DNA of 63,217 bases, filler included, from Craspedostauros australis (GCA_030167865.1; 13 parts of 13 records of this genome joined end to end with filler, not necessarily neighbours in it), one strand, 5' to 3'. Shown: positions 38,253-51,133, numbered from the whole stretch's first letter. Made by a program: numbers and translations. Notes: a model not told the origin generated them from the letters alone.

Positions 38253-39214
38253 TTACATGGCAGCGGTGTAGCGCAGAAACGGCTGGACAAGAAGGTCAAA
38301 CTGAGCGTAGTGAAACCTCATGTCTGTCTCGTTTCGACGCCCACCTCCTGGTCCTCGTTTTTCCCAACGATTGACCAATTTGATGTCAGATTCGCTTACC
38401 TTTTGATCCAGAGCTCGAGTGTCGGAGGCTCATCGAAAAGAGCGAAAGCATTGGTCGTTTTTCTCGCAATTTGGAAGACTGAGTGATGTTAGGAAGAAAG
38501 AGTGCGCGATTGGATTCCCAGATGCTCTCCGAAATGTCGTGGAGTGCGTCATCCAATTCCTTGAGAGTATACAAAACCCCGTCCTTTGAAGAGATCGCCG
38601 GTCCAAGATGTTGCTGTGCCTTGGTTTTGATATGAAGAAGCTCTGCGACGATGTGCTGCGCCTTGATTCCAGACTTAGTATTGGTGGACTCCGGGATGAT
38701 GTGTTGATATGACTGATGTTCCCCTTTGAATTTGCCTTGCAACACGATAGTGAAATGGTTTTTCGGTTTGGGACGCGACCATTCCTTGAGTGCAGCTCCC
38801 AAGTCAAGCACTTGAGCCTCTGTCCCTCTCAGAGAGAACGTATGGCAGCGTTGCATATGCCATAAGCGCGGGCCATCGATGTTGATCTGTGTCCAATGGT
38901 TCGCATTCATCCAGACGCTCCTGTGTGGCGTCCAATATGGCCAACAACAGGTCTGAAGAGAAGCCCTTGTTTGGTCGCCAATCCTGTTCCATGCGATATC
39001 TGCAGCCTTCGTTGAACCTGGTGAACCAGAAAGAACCGCATGGGTCAGTGGTGATACGCTGGTACTGACCCTTTTGATCACCCATGCTCAAGGAATGTTG
39101 AGTGGATGCGGCTGATGCTCTGATGTGATTAGAGTAGGTTGCTCGTGCCTTGCGGATATCATCGTATTGCGGATGCGTTTTTAGTGTTGCCCAGGTTTCA
39201 ATGACATCAACACC
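38253..39214 (-). pseudogene. Tyrosine-recombinase remnant of a YR element (DIRS/Ngaro- or Crypton-like)
   Basis: Across frameshifts it reads QYDDIRKARATYSN, WFTRFNEGCRYRM, SLRGTE (R), GKFKGE (K), FRSFR*ASDTRA, VNRW, MRFHY (Y) and FLRYTAAM*. Confidence 0.75.
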
Positions 39215-40046
39215 TATTGGAAATCCAGGGTGGTGTTAGTAGTAGAGAACTAATCGTTTGTTAGAATCTACTTCTCTGAACTGTGAGCTCTTCATTGCTC
39301 TCAATTTCCATAGTTCGATCTCCTCCTGAGATCTCCACGGGTCCTTCTGTTGGTCTAGCAGGCATCCATCTTGCATTCATCGCAATTTCACCATGGACAT
39401 GCATGCACCACCGAGTACCCCATGTTCGTGCACACAAGCACGTTGTCCTCCGCTGATAGTTTTGATGCCTTAGACATCGCCGAGTCATAGGCATCACACA
39501 GATCGGTTCATTCGATCAGATCACGGTCTCCTATTTGTCACGGGAACACCTTGGTTGGGAGCTCATTCAGCTCCTCGACCATCTCACATCTCCGATCATC
39601 GCCGATCATCTCCGATGCTTCTCCTGTCGTTTCTGCTGGTTTCTTTGCCGATCACTTCACTGGCTTCCTGGATGGTCCTCATCTCAGGTTCGTTCACAGG
39701 CCATCTCACACTTCGTGACATCGGCCTTCCTCCAGTACTCTTTTCTCATTGGTTGCGACATGGGGGCTGTAGTCGCTCGTATCGTGATGTTGGTCACGAT
39801 TTCCAACATCCTTGCCCCCTGCGACATGCACGTGTGATTCGCATTCCTGCATTGAGGTCACGAACGCCAAAGTACGGTTCGCATTCGGCACGTGTCGTTC
39901 TCCATCACAAAACACGTGCAGCTCACATTTTTCTGTCACAAAGATCCAAAGGTGGGAGTTGCGGTAATGTAGCATATCATGACGTTCGGATCCTTACTCT
40001 TGGGAGGTGCGGCAATATGGTGTTTCAGAACACCCGATTCCTGACA
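39215..40046 (+). mobile_element. Isolated LTR, family B (T[A]TTGGAAATCC...CCCGATTCCTGACA)
   Basis: Homologous to 40807-41400(rc) and 50658-51133(rc). It truncates the recombinase ORF. Confidence 0.8.
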
Positions 40047-40609
40047 CTCAACTACCGCAACTCACAACTGCAAATGCAGGTGCACAAGCAAAGCCACACA
40101 AACATAATCAATAAATAAATAACTCAAAGATTAAACCCTCTTATGAGGCTGCGCCAGTGGCGCTTTTCTCCGCCTCCTTTCAACTTCGCGCAGGGCGCAA
40201 AGGGAGCACGGAATCCGTGTATCGTTGTATATAATCGTATGTATGTCAACCGCCCGCGGTGTGGCTGCTCGCGCTATTGCCGGGGACCGGGTGAACATGC
40301 CGCCTATACTTAAGCCACTTGAACAGGGCGCCAGAAGCGGCCAGTTCATGCAGCTTCAGAGCTGCTTGCTCCACCCATACCGCGACCTGCGCTATTGGAG
40401 TGCCTGCCTCAGGAACCGAGAGCAGGATCCGTCGATTGACGACGCGATCTAACTCGAGGCGAAGTCGAAGCAACTTTGCTCTGACTCACAGAGCTTGAGT
40501 CATCTCAGCTTTGGCCGAGTCTTGGGTTTCAAAAAGCACTTCATTTCTTGCCATCCACTTCTCCCATACTATGCGCCAGATGCGGCGTACAAACTGTCGG
40601 GACCACTTT

Positions 40610-40806
40610 TGTTGGAAATCTGGGGTATTGATACTGTAGTCTAGTGCTTATTAAACTGTACCGTTTTAGAACTGTGAGAACAACATCTTCATTTCTTGTT
40701 TCCTCAAGTTGCTTGCCCATGATGATGCTAGTAGCACCCTGTAGTTGCTCCTGCATTCATCATAGCAAAGCTCCTCCATCATTCACATCTCATTGCTCAT
40801 GATAGG
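40610..40806 (+). mobile_element. 5' fragment of a family B LTR
   Basis: TGTTGGAAATCTGGGG...AAACTGTACCGTTTTAGAACTGTGAG matches 4107-4185. Confidence 0.65.
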
Positions 40807-41684
40807 TGTCAGGAATCGGGTGTTGTGAAACACCGGATTGCCGCACCTCCCAAGAGTGTGGAGTTGAGTATTGTGTAATGCTACATTACCGCACCTCCCA
40901 ATAAGTCAAGAGTCAGGATTCGAATGTCATGAAATGGTACATTACCGCAACCCTCACCCTTGGATCTTTGTGACAGAAAATGTGAGCTACACGCGTCTTG
41001 TGGTGGAGAACGCCACGTGCCGAATGCGAACCGGACTATGGAGTCCGTGACCTCAATGCAGGAATACCAATCACACGTGTATGTTGCAGGGAGCAGGGAT
41101 GTTGGAATCGTGACCAACATCACAATACACGCGACTACGGCCCCCATGCCGCAACCAATGAAAAAGAGTACTGGAGGAAGGCTGATGTCATGAAGTGTGA
41201 GATGGCCTGTGAACGAACCAGTGATGACGAACTTCCAGGAAGCCAGTGAAGTGATCGGCAAAGTGATCGGAGATGTGTGATGATGAGGAGCTGAATGAGC
41301 TCCCATCCAGGGTGCTCCTGTGACGAATGGGCAATCGTGATCTGATCGAATGAACAGATCTGTGTGATGCCTACGACTCGGCGATGTCTACGCTAACGAA
41401 ACTATTGGTAGAAGGCAGGAGATGGAATATCTGAGATGCATGATGGGATGCATCAATACTGCAAGATGAGATGTACATGGAGTACATGCTGCATGGCATG
41501 ATGAAGCAGGAAGACAGCACTGCATGAGCAAGGGCAAGACTGTGTGCTACTGTGGATTATGTATGCTTTGGCAAATGGAATTGAAAGAGATAAAGATGTT
41601 GTACTCACAGTTCCAACAATGCAATAACATGAATAGGTAACCAGATACTACTACTAGAGACTGGGTTACCCCGGATTTCCAACA
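40807..41684 (-). mobile_element. Isolated LTR, family B, inverted orientation
   Basis: Begins TGTCAGGAATCGGG and ends CCCCGGATTTCCAACA on the plus strand. Confidence 0.75.
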
Positions 41685-42239
41685 TGTATGGGTGAACATG
41701 GTGAGCAAGGAGCATGGAATATGAGTGCCATGGAGCCTCCACTGGATTCACACTCATATTCGTCACCTTTACCATTGGTGTCTTGTGATACGCAAGCGTT
41801 TGCTCTGTTGTTCGGGCCAGCCATTGGGGTAGCAGATGAGCCAAGCAACAAAGCAAGAACTATGCGCCTTGCCAATTGCGCTTTGGTCATGCTTAATGCG
41901 ATCGCTCGTTGCCGACGGAGTACGCGAGGCTTGATGCGGCCCTACCACTTGGCTGGGTTGGCGACTGCTCTGGCGTCCAGAGCGATGCGTCTCGTGCGCA
42001 GCGCATTGGTGCCATGTGATGCTTTGCTGCCATGTGATGCTTTGCTGCCAAGCTGTTGCTTTCCACACCTATTAGCACAACGCTTTATTCACCTGATTCG
42101 TTTTCTGATTAGTCTGTCCTTGTATGTGCTGAAACGATGCTTTCCCCAGGCACATGAATTTCAACATAAGGGACTCACTAGAGATAACATCAGAGATTCG
42201 GTCTGGCCACCACCCGGCAAACATGTGATGTCCAATTCG

Positions 42240-44407
42240 ACCTGATAAACTTCCCAACTAAACCTGAAATGACAACACACTCGACGACCTCAAGCATCAT
42301 CAATGGAATGTGGAATCGACAGAACCATGGAACAGTGATGAGTGATGTCGACACAGAAGACATCATCACCACATCATGGGTCATCTCCACATCAGAACAA
42401 GATTGCAGAGGTGCAATGACCGAGAGCTGACCTTGAAGACAGCAACACAAGATACAACTCAATGAAGATAACATAGAAACAGAAGNNNNNNNNNNNNNNN
42501 NNNNNNNNNNNNNNNNNNNNNNNNNNNNNNNNNNNTATTAGCACAACGCTTTATTCACCTGATTCGTTTTCTGATTAGTCTGTCCTTGTATGTGCTGAAA
42601 CGATGCTTTCCCCAGGCACATGAATTTCAACATAAGGGACTCACTAGAGATAACATCAGAGATTCGGTCTGGCCACCACCCGGCAAACATGTGATGTCCA
42701 ATTCGACCTGATAAACTTCCCAACTAAACCTGAAATGACAACACACTCGACGACCTCAAGCATCATCAATGGAATGTGGAATCGACAGAACCATGGAACA
42801 GTGATGAGTGATGTCGACACAGAAGACATCATCACCACATCATGGGTCATCTCCACATCAGAACAAGATTGCAGAGGTGCAATGACCGAGAGCTGACCTT
42901 GAAGACAGCAACACAAGATACAACTCAATGAAGATAACATAGAAACAGAAGTCACTCAACCCAAACAGTGTCTTCACTCACCAGCTCGTCGCCCTCGTCC
43001 TGAAAGACTTGATCTCTCTTGAAGGACTCGTGTGATTTCGCTGTGTACAGTAACGAGATAACAGATTAACAGTCGCAAGCACTACGTCCTGACCTGACTG
43101 CGTGAAAACACCTCCAACCCACCGAGCTGATCCCATCAGCACCGAATCAATTGCATCACGTGACGACGTGAAGCAAGAACCAAACAACAAGAGCCTTCCA
43201 AGGCAGCGCACACGAACACACCAAGCACAGCGTATCCGCTTCTCCGTGACGAACCGAACAAGATGACAGAACCCACCGAACCCATCACCATCCTGAACCA
43301 CGTCCTCAAGGCCGTGGGTATCTCCGACGACTCCGACCATCGCCACGTTATCATCGACGCAGCGGTGGAGAACGTTGACGACCTCACCTTCCTCACCAAG
43401 GAAGACCTCGACGGTCTTCATCGCGACTTCACTCCCACCTCGGGAGACCCATACTCATGCCGATTGACTGCGTTGCACATTCGCAAGATCCTCGCACTCC
43501 CAATGTGGTATGACGCGCAAGCTGGCGACGGCGACTCTGTCTGGCTTGGCCTGAATGCTGCGAGGCTTCAGAGCTTCATGAGAACCGAACTCAAGAAGCG
43601 CATGGAAGCCTCCATGCCGACACCCGAACCCACCATGTCATCCATGGTGGCACCACCACCACCACCTGCACCTGTCTCTGACAAGGCCGCTGCCTTCGAC
43701 AAGGGCATCAAGCGGAACCTCAGCGACTATCCGATCCTGAAGAGCGATGACCAGTTCATGATCTTCGACCGANNNNNNNNNNNNNNNNNNNNNNNNNNNN
43801 NNNNNNNNNNNNNNNNNNNNNNNNNNNNNNNNNNNNNNNNNNNNNNNNCTGAGCTGTTCGACAAACAGCGCACCTTCCTCTTCTACGTCTTGACCCACTG
43901 TCTCAGGACCACGAAGAGCCGCAACTGTCTCCAAGCATACGCCGATGACGAGAACGGTCATGGGGTGTATACCATGCTCCGTGAGGAGTACGCGACCGGA
44001 GTAGCTGCAGCCAACAAGGCCCAGCTGATCCAAGAGGAGATCCGGAACCTCAAGCTGAACCACTCCTGGAACAGCAGCCGCGAAGCCTTTGTGAACAGCT
44101 GGCTCAGCAAGATCAACGACCTCGAGGAGATCCAGGATGCACCTGTCTCTGAGGACTGGAAGCTCCAGTGGCTCAAGGAGGCCATCACCCCTGACGCCGA
44201 TCTCTTCCGTTCCCTTGACGACGCCGATGCTCTCCAGAGCAACTTGGCAATGGCGACAGGAAAGACCGACTTCAGGCTGGACTTCGATGCCTTCCTTGGC
44301 GTTGTTCGCAGATCTGCACAGCGCAACGACCTCCGTGTCCCACGCAACAAGACCAAGCGTAGGGTCAACAACACAAGCAAGGACGCAAGTCACAATGAGA
44401 ACAAGAC
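42240..44407 (+). mobile_element. Copia family 3 (CoDi type): LTR/leader-like region and gag ORF starting at 43263, truncated by an LTR insertion at 44408
   Basis: Gag motifs LNHVLKAVG, FDKGIKRNLSDYPILKSDDQF and LKLNHSWNSSREAFVNSW. The upstream region shares AACTTCCCAACTAAACCT with family A LTRs. 42069-42485 is repeated across a gap. Confidence 0.8.
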
Positions 44408-44727
44408 AGTTGGATTTTCGTGTGCTGTTGTGACACGATCCGGATGGGATGGCCTAGTTGACTTCCAGATTCAGGGAATCTGATAATGGAGTCAACGTTG
44501 GGCGACCGTCTGGAGATTAGTAGTTAGTGACAATGAAGTAGATGAGTGTTGTAGTGCTGATCTTGAGTTGTGCTATATGTTATTTGAATAGTCTGCATTG
44601 TGAGTTGATCAGTTTGAGATGCAGGATGAAGAAACGATAGTCAGTCTGAATGGTGCGGCTCTGCACTGACCTTCAGAGGTTCAGTGCTGAAGGCGGACGG
44701 GTCCTCTCTTTCTCTCTTTCTCCAGTA
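44408..44727 (+). mobile_element. 5' end of a family A LTR nested in family 3 gag
   Basis: Gag homology to about 58100 stops at AAGAC, then AGTTGGATTTTCGTG begins. Reverse complement of about 31873-32194. Confidence 0.8.
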
Positions 44728-44827
44728 NNNNNNNNNNNNNNNNNNNNNNNNNNNNNNNNNNNNNNNNNNNNTTAATTAATTAANNNNNNNNNNNNNNNNN
44801 NNNNNNNNNNNNNNNNNNNNNNNNNNN

Positions 44828-47800
44828 TTGGTCTACCATCGTAGATTTGATTGTCTGTATCCGAATCTGTGTCTCCTGTGTTGTTGATTGCTCCCTGAAT
44901 AAACCAGTTTGTGCGTTCGTCGCCATCACCTGCTTCTCTGTTGCTGCCAGCGGCTTGGGCGACGATGACTCCAAATGCCCTTTGCAATGTTTCCAACGAG
45001 TCAGCAACACTGCTGCGATGATTCAACATGTCACGGTAGGTCTGCAGCACCGTTGCGTTCTCCAGGTCTCTATTCGTGTGAACATCGTCTGTGCAACAGT
45101 AGTGCATTAGCTTGTGCAGAAACAGAAGGATGACTTCCAAAATCCGTACCACAGCTTGGCATTGGAAGGTTGCGAATGGCGGCTGCACCTTGTGCTGCCT
45201 CACCATTCTGGTGATTAAATCGGAGCCGCCCTTGAATGAATTCCAACGAGCTACAAACGATGGAACCAAGGTGTGAACCTTTGGCACCGGCATTGGTAGT
45301 TCCTGGCATGCCTTCCATATCATCAATTGGTGGAATACATCCTCTTCTGTCAATGCCGCAATGTGTCGCCCCCCGGTTGAGCCCCTGTGGGGGTTTCGTT
45401 TCGAATTCAGATACTTTCGCAGCGTCTTGCCTGACGCTGCCTCGCGGGATGCGGCAGCGGAGTCCGCGTATGCAAACTCCAACTTCAGCTCATACAGATT
45501 TTGTAGCACGATTCCATATGATTGAAGTAGATCAGGTTTGAATTGTGTGGACATTGATCTTATGGTGTTAGCGGTTGCATCACCTGATGGTAGGAGGAGG
45601 CGGGATCGAGTGGATCAGAGGAGAAAAGCAAGAACAGTTTGAGTGAGCACCGCGTATCGACTTTCGAAATTCATGGCAGGAGCTCCATCCATTTCATGCT
45701 TGAACGTACCAATTACAATCATTGCACCTGTCACCCCAAAGACGAAGGCATGATGAAGCAGTTGAATCATCTCTGATTTCTTTTCGAACAATGCCCTCCA
45801 TTTGTCGTCTTGGAGATCCACGAACACATGACTCTTTCCCTCCGTCCCATGCTCCCAATCGGCCTTCCGCTGGTGCCGTCTTTCGAGGTCTTCTGTGTCT
45901 GTCGTTGCCCGAGTCTTGATCTCCACAACAAAGACTTCATCGTCGCTGTCGTCCTCTGGATCACCGATGATCGCAAGGAAGTCGACGGAGGCACGGGCGT
46001 ATGGTGCATCAGTGTTTCGCACCACCCCCACTTGGTACGTCGCCTTCACTTGCCTTCCCTCGCCGCCCACTCCAACACAGTGGAGGGCCTGCTTCNNNNN
46101 NNNNNNNNNNNNNNNNNNNNNNNNNNNNNNNNNNNNNNNNNNNNNGTTGAGCCCCTGTGGGGGTTGCGTTTCGAATTCAGATACTTTCGCAGCGTCTTGC
46201 CTGACGCTGCCTCGCGGGACGCGGCAGTGGAGTGCGCATATGCAAACTCCAACTTCAGCTTGTACAGATTTTGTAGCACGATTCCGTATGATTGAAGTAC
46301 ATTGGGTTGGAAGTGTGTGGACATTGATCTTATGGTGTTAGCAGTTGCATCACCTGGTGGTAGGAGGAGGTTGGTTCGAGAGCATCAGTGGAGAAAAGCA
46401 AGAACAGTTGGAGTGAGCACCGCGTATCGACTTTTGAAATTCATGACAGGAGCTCCATCCATTACATACAAGGACGTACCAATTACAATCATCGCCCCTG
46501 TCACCCCAAAGACGAAGGCATGATGAAGCAGTTGAATCATCTCTGATTTCTTTTCGAATAATGTCCTCCACTTGTCGTCTTGGAGATCCACGAACACATG
46601 GCTCTTTCCCTCTGTCCCATGCTCCCAATCGGCCTTCCGCTGGTGCCGNNNNNNNNNNNNNNNNNNNNNNNNNNNNNNNNNNNNNNNNNNNNNNNNNNCG
46701 GCCTTCCGCTGGTGCCGTCTTTCGAGGTCTTCTGTGTCTGTCGTTGCCCGAGTCTTGATCTCCACAACAAAGACTTCATCGTTGCTGTCGTCCTCTGGAT
46801 CACCGATGATTGCAAGGAAGTCGACGGAGGCGCGGGCGTACGGTGCATCGGTGTTTCGCACCACCCCCACTTGGTACGTCGCCTTCACTTGCCTTCCCTC
46901 GCCGCCCACTCCAACACAGCGGAGGGCCTGCTTCATGAGGGGAGCTTCGTTTTTGTGGCCCAGCTTGGCGAGCTTTCCAGCCTTGCCCCGAACCGACTTC
47001 ATGAACCACGATTGTAACATGAGAGTCGTGAGGTCGTGGTCAAGCTTGTGCATCCACTCTGAAGTGGTGCTTCCTGCCTGGAAACTGGATGGATGGCCAG
47101 GCTCCTGCTCGATCTCCTTCATCACCAGGGCAACCAATCTCTCCACAACCTTCTCTCGTGGCATTTTTGTTATGTTGGTCTTGGGGAGACGAGCTTTAAG
47201 GTCTTTCTTGAGGGAGGCGTCGCTGATGGCCAGGAATCGCCGACGAACCTTGTCGTCATCAGCAAGAATGGTGCGGAGCATTTTGCATCGTGTGGCTTTG
47301 CTCCGCTGGGCCTTGCTGCGGTAAAAAATAGCCATGAGTTCGATGAAGTCTTTGTCAGGGAAGGCATCCTCTTCAGGGGCATCGTCGCGGAGAGAGGAGA
47401 GAAGTGCAATTTCAACATGACGGGAATCGAAGGTGGGAGATGTGAGTTTGGAGTATAAATCAAGTGCTCGCAATCTCGCCTTTTCTGCTTGCAATGCTTG
47501 GAGGTACTTCGCCTTCCGGCCAAGCACGTCATATCCCAAGTAGCAGCCAATGCACTCCCATGCAGGTTGATTGAATATTGTGGCGTTGTCAGCATTGCAC
47601 CACTCTCCGCTTTCAAGCACCTTCTGTATCATGCTGTAGGTGGAGGTGCTCGTGAACGCGAAGCGGCGGTGGACGAACCACAGATGGTCACCCTGGCCAC
47701 AGGTGAGTCCATCCACAGGTAGATCCCACACCATGTCTGCCCAACGCTGTTTCACATTCTTGGATGCGGCAGCCACAATGCCGGTTGCGCCAAGGGGAGT

Positions 47801-50390
47801 TTGGGATATGGCAGCTCTGACTGCCGACGAGCGTGTTGGATTGACAGTGCATGTTTGGAAGAAGTGTGGGTAGTGTGGGGATCTTCGATTGTTCCCATGC
47901 TTGTCCTCCACCATGTCTTGGTACTTTTTCTGGTCACTGGCGTTGGTGAGGGTGAGGTCCCACTCAAAGCCACTCGATCTTGTGGAGAGTGCAAGTACAG
48001 TTTGTTCGTTGAGANNNNNNNNNNNNNNNNNNNNNNNNNNNNNNNNNNNNNNNNNNNNNNNNNNGGGAGTTTGGGATATGGCAGCTCTGACTGCCGACGA
48101 TCGTGTTGGATTGACAGTGCATGTTTGGAAGAAGTGTGGGTAGTGTGGAGATCTTGGATTGCTCCCATACTTGTCCTCCACCATGTCTTGGTACTTTTGT
48201 TGGTCACTGGCGTTGGTGAGGGTGAGGTCCCACTCGAAGCCACTTGATCTTGTGGAGAGTGCAAGTACAGTTTGTTCGTTGAGNCGGTATCCATAGCATG
48301 TCAATTGTCGTTTGCCGATGCTGTTGGTGACAGCGCNATGCACCATCCTTGGCCCCTTCCTCCCAATATTCATCTGGAGTGCACCCTTTCCAATGGATGG
48401 GCCAAAGGTGAATGGTAGGCATCCAGCTTGCATGTGTGTACCCTCCAGATTGGCACCCCTGGTAGTGAGGAAGATGGTGGTGCTGCGGCAGTTGTATCCT
48501 CGATCTGTCATGAGGGTTAGATTTCGAAAAGAACCATCTGGTTCTCTTAGTTGGGTGAACAACCAATAGGTGTCGTCATCCAACCCATCTTGGCAAGCGG
48601 CCAACCCCACAACAAGTCCAGAAGCAGACTGGACAAGAGTGTTCAGGGTTAATCTGAAGGAATGCAGAAGACGGAAATGAGACGGAGACCTGGGGTGAGG
48701 AATTGAAATATGAAATGGAGATGCCACCCCTCTGCAACAAAACGCACAATGCTGTTCGTCACTTACCTATTACGATTTGCATGAGTATGTCTCATGCCAA
48801 GCAGATAGCTGGTCTCCGCACAGCTGCTGCAATGGACCTTGTCATCATCCAATGTGACAATCCGATTCGGGCAACGATGCCAAAGACAAAGAACCTCAAG
48901 CGTCATGTTGAAAGAACTTTTCAATTCGGTCCAAACAAAGCGATGGCCATTCCGAGAGACAGGGTTTCCATTGCGTTGAATACGATCCCAGAGATTGACG
49001 TAGTGCTGTCTGGTGGGAAAGCTGGGAAGCGTGGAAGCGTTGCCGCCATCGTAGAGCCGACGAACGGTGCAGCCTTCCACCATCTGTGATGTGATGGCAT
49101 AGAGGAACTCCATGTACTCAGCATATGAGAAACCCAGCCCGCTTGGGCCAAATGCACGGGTGAAAATGGGAGACGTGGGGCCCAGCACATCGTGGATCAA
49201 GTCATTGGGTGTTGGCACGTATGGTGGAGACCCAGGAGGAGTCTTGGGGAAGCGTTGCAAGACAGCTGTTCGCAGTGAACGAATCTCTTCCTTTGCATGG
49301 ATGAGAGCAAGCTTGTGCGCTTCTCCAACAGTCACTTTTGTTGCATGGTTGTAGGCCGAGAGCACCTTCCACTCCACAGAGATCTCCCTACTCCCCTTCT
49401 TGGGAGGGAGGACGATGCGATGGCTGTAGCCAGGNNNNNNNNNNNNNNNNNNNNNNNNNNNNNNNNNNNNNNNNNNNNNNNNNNATAGCTGCTCTCTGCA
49501 CGGCTGCTGCAATGGACCTTGTCATCATCCAATGTGACGATCCGATTCGGGCAACGATGCCGAAGACAGAGAATCTCAAGTGTCAAGTTGAAAGCACTTT
49601 CCAATTCGGTCCAAACAAAGCGATGGCCATTCCGAGAGACAGGGTTTCCATTGCGTCGAATACGGTCCCAGAGATTGACGTAGTGCTGTCTGGTGGGAAA
49701 GCTGGGAAGCGTGGTAGTGTTGCCGCCATCGTAGAGCCGACGAACNGTGCAGCCTTCCACCATCTGTGATGTGATGGCATAGAGGAACTCCATGTACTCA
49801 GGATATGAGAAACCCAGCCCACTTGGGCCAAATGCACGGATGAAAATGGGAGATGTGGGGCCCAGCACATCGTGGATCAAGTCATGGGGTGTTGGCACGT
49901 ATGATGGAGACCCAGGAGGACTCTTGGGGAAGCGCTGCAAGACAGCTGTTCGCAGTGAACAAATCTCTTCCTTTGCATGGAGAAGAGCAAGCTTGTGCGC
50001 TTCTCCAACAGTCACGTTTGTTGCATGGTCGTAGGCGGAGAGCACCTTCCACTCCACAGAGATCTCCCTACTCCCCTTCTTCGGAGGGAGGACAATGCGA
50101 TGGCTGTAGCCAGGAAGCGAGCACGGTTGGACTCCAAAATCGCCAACAGGATCTGGAGGCACCACTGTAGGCACCGCACCNNNNNCATCACTGTTGACAC
50201 AGATGCCATCTCCTTCTTCTTCATGGGTGTGTTTGCCTGCATCACCCATTCCATCATCCAAAACTTGTCCAAAGGGATGAAGCTGCTGGGATGGAGAGAC
50301 GGTGCCATGGACGGTCGTTGCAACTGGAGCGGAAGCTGTGGGCAAGTCGTCATTGGCATTGGGAGCATCAGGTGGAAGAGAAGATGCCAT
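44828..50390 (-). mobile_element. Intron-containing piggyBac-like DDD transposase with an inserted YqaJ/lambda-exonuclease domain; mosaic of at least two similar copies, 3'-truncated
   Basis: Introns at 48766-48654 and 46479-46354 (equivalent to 45709-45584) join the ORFs in frame. Transposase motifs IVTLDDDK, LMTDRGY..GT and WNSFKGGSD. Nuclease motifs TCGQGDHLWFVHRRFAFTST, GHKNE, ASVDFL, VEIKTR and QLLHH. Confidence 0.78.
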
Positions 50391-50478
50391 GATGAAGGTG
50401 ACGTATCAAAGAAGGCAAGCTGGAAGAAGAAGGCAGTATGGGGGATGCTGCGAATGATAAGCAAGGAGGTGCGAGGTT

Positions 50479-50557
50479 TGTCGAGATGTACATGTGAGTA
50501 TATGTCAAGATGTACGTGTATATGTGCATCGTTCACCCGTTATTCTCTCATACGCAC
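50479..50557 (+). mobile_element. Short LTR-like repeat, family C (partial)
   Basis: Reverse complement of about 5070-5148. Confidence 0.75.
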
Positions 50558-50657
50558 NNNNNNNNNNNNNNNNNNNNNNNNNNNNNNNNNNNNNNNNNNN
50601 NTTAATTAATTAANNNNNNNNNNNNNNNNNNNNNNNNNNNNNNNNNNNNNNNNNNNN

Positions 50658-51133
50658 ACGAACCTGGTATGAGGAACATCCAGGAAGCCGGTGAAGTGAT
50701 CGGCGAAGAAACAATCAGAAACGATCGGAGTCGACCAGAGTAGATCGGAGATGATCGGAGATGTCTGATGATCAAGGAGCTGAGCGAGCTCCCAACCAAG
50801 GCGTTCCCGCAACGGATGAGAGATCGTGATCTGATCGAATGAGCCGATCTGTGTCATGCCTACNNNNNNNNNNNNNNNNNNNNNNNNNNNNNNNNNNNNN
50901 NNNNNNNNNNNNNNNNNNNNNNNNNNNNNNNNNNNNNNNNNNNNNNNNNNNNNNNNNNNNNNNNNNNNNATGAATGCAAGATGGATGCCTGCTAGACCAA
51001 CAGAGGGACCCATGGCAATCTCAGGAGGAGATTGGACTTTGCAATCGAGAGCAACGAAGAGCTCACAGTTCAGAGAAGTAGATTCTAACAAACGATTAGT
51101 TCTCTACTATCACACCACCCCGGATTTCCAACA
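50658..51133 (-). mobile_element. Family B LTR (5' part)
   Basis: Reverse complement of about 39215-39695. Ends CCCCGGATTTCCAACA on the plus strand. Confidence 0.8.

Noticed and set aside
41685..42240. Short ORFs here and in 30340-30790, 37400-38250, 40130-40540 and 51900-53380
   Set aside because: I recognise no motifs in them, so they were left unannotated.
46385..46479. Stop codon ending the 780-aa ORF as the true end of a stand-alone YqaJ gene
   Set aside because: In both copies the stop lies inside a 126-nt GTACGT..CAG intron whose removal continues the frame into the GGSD exon.
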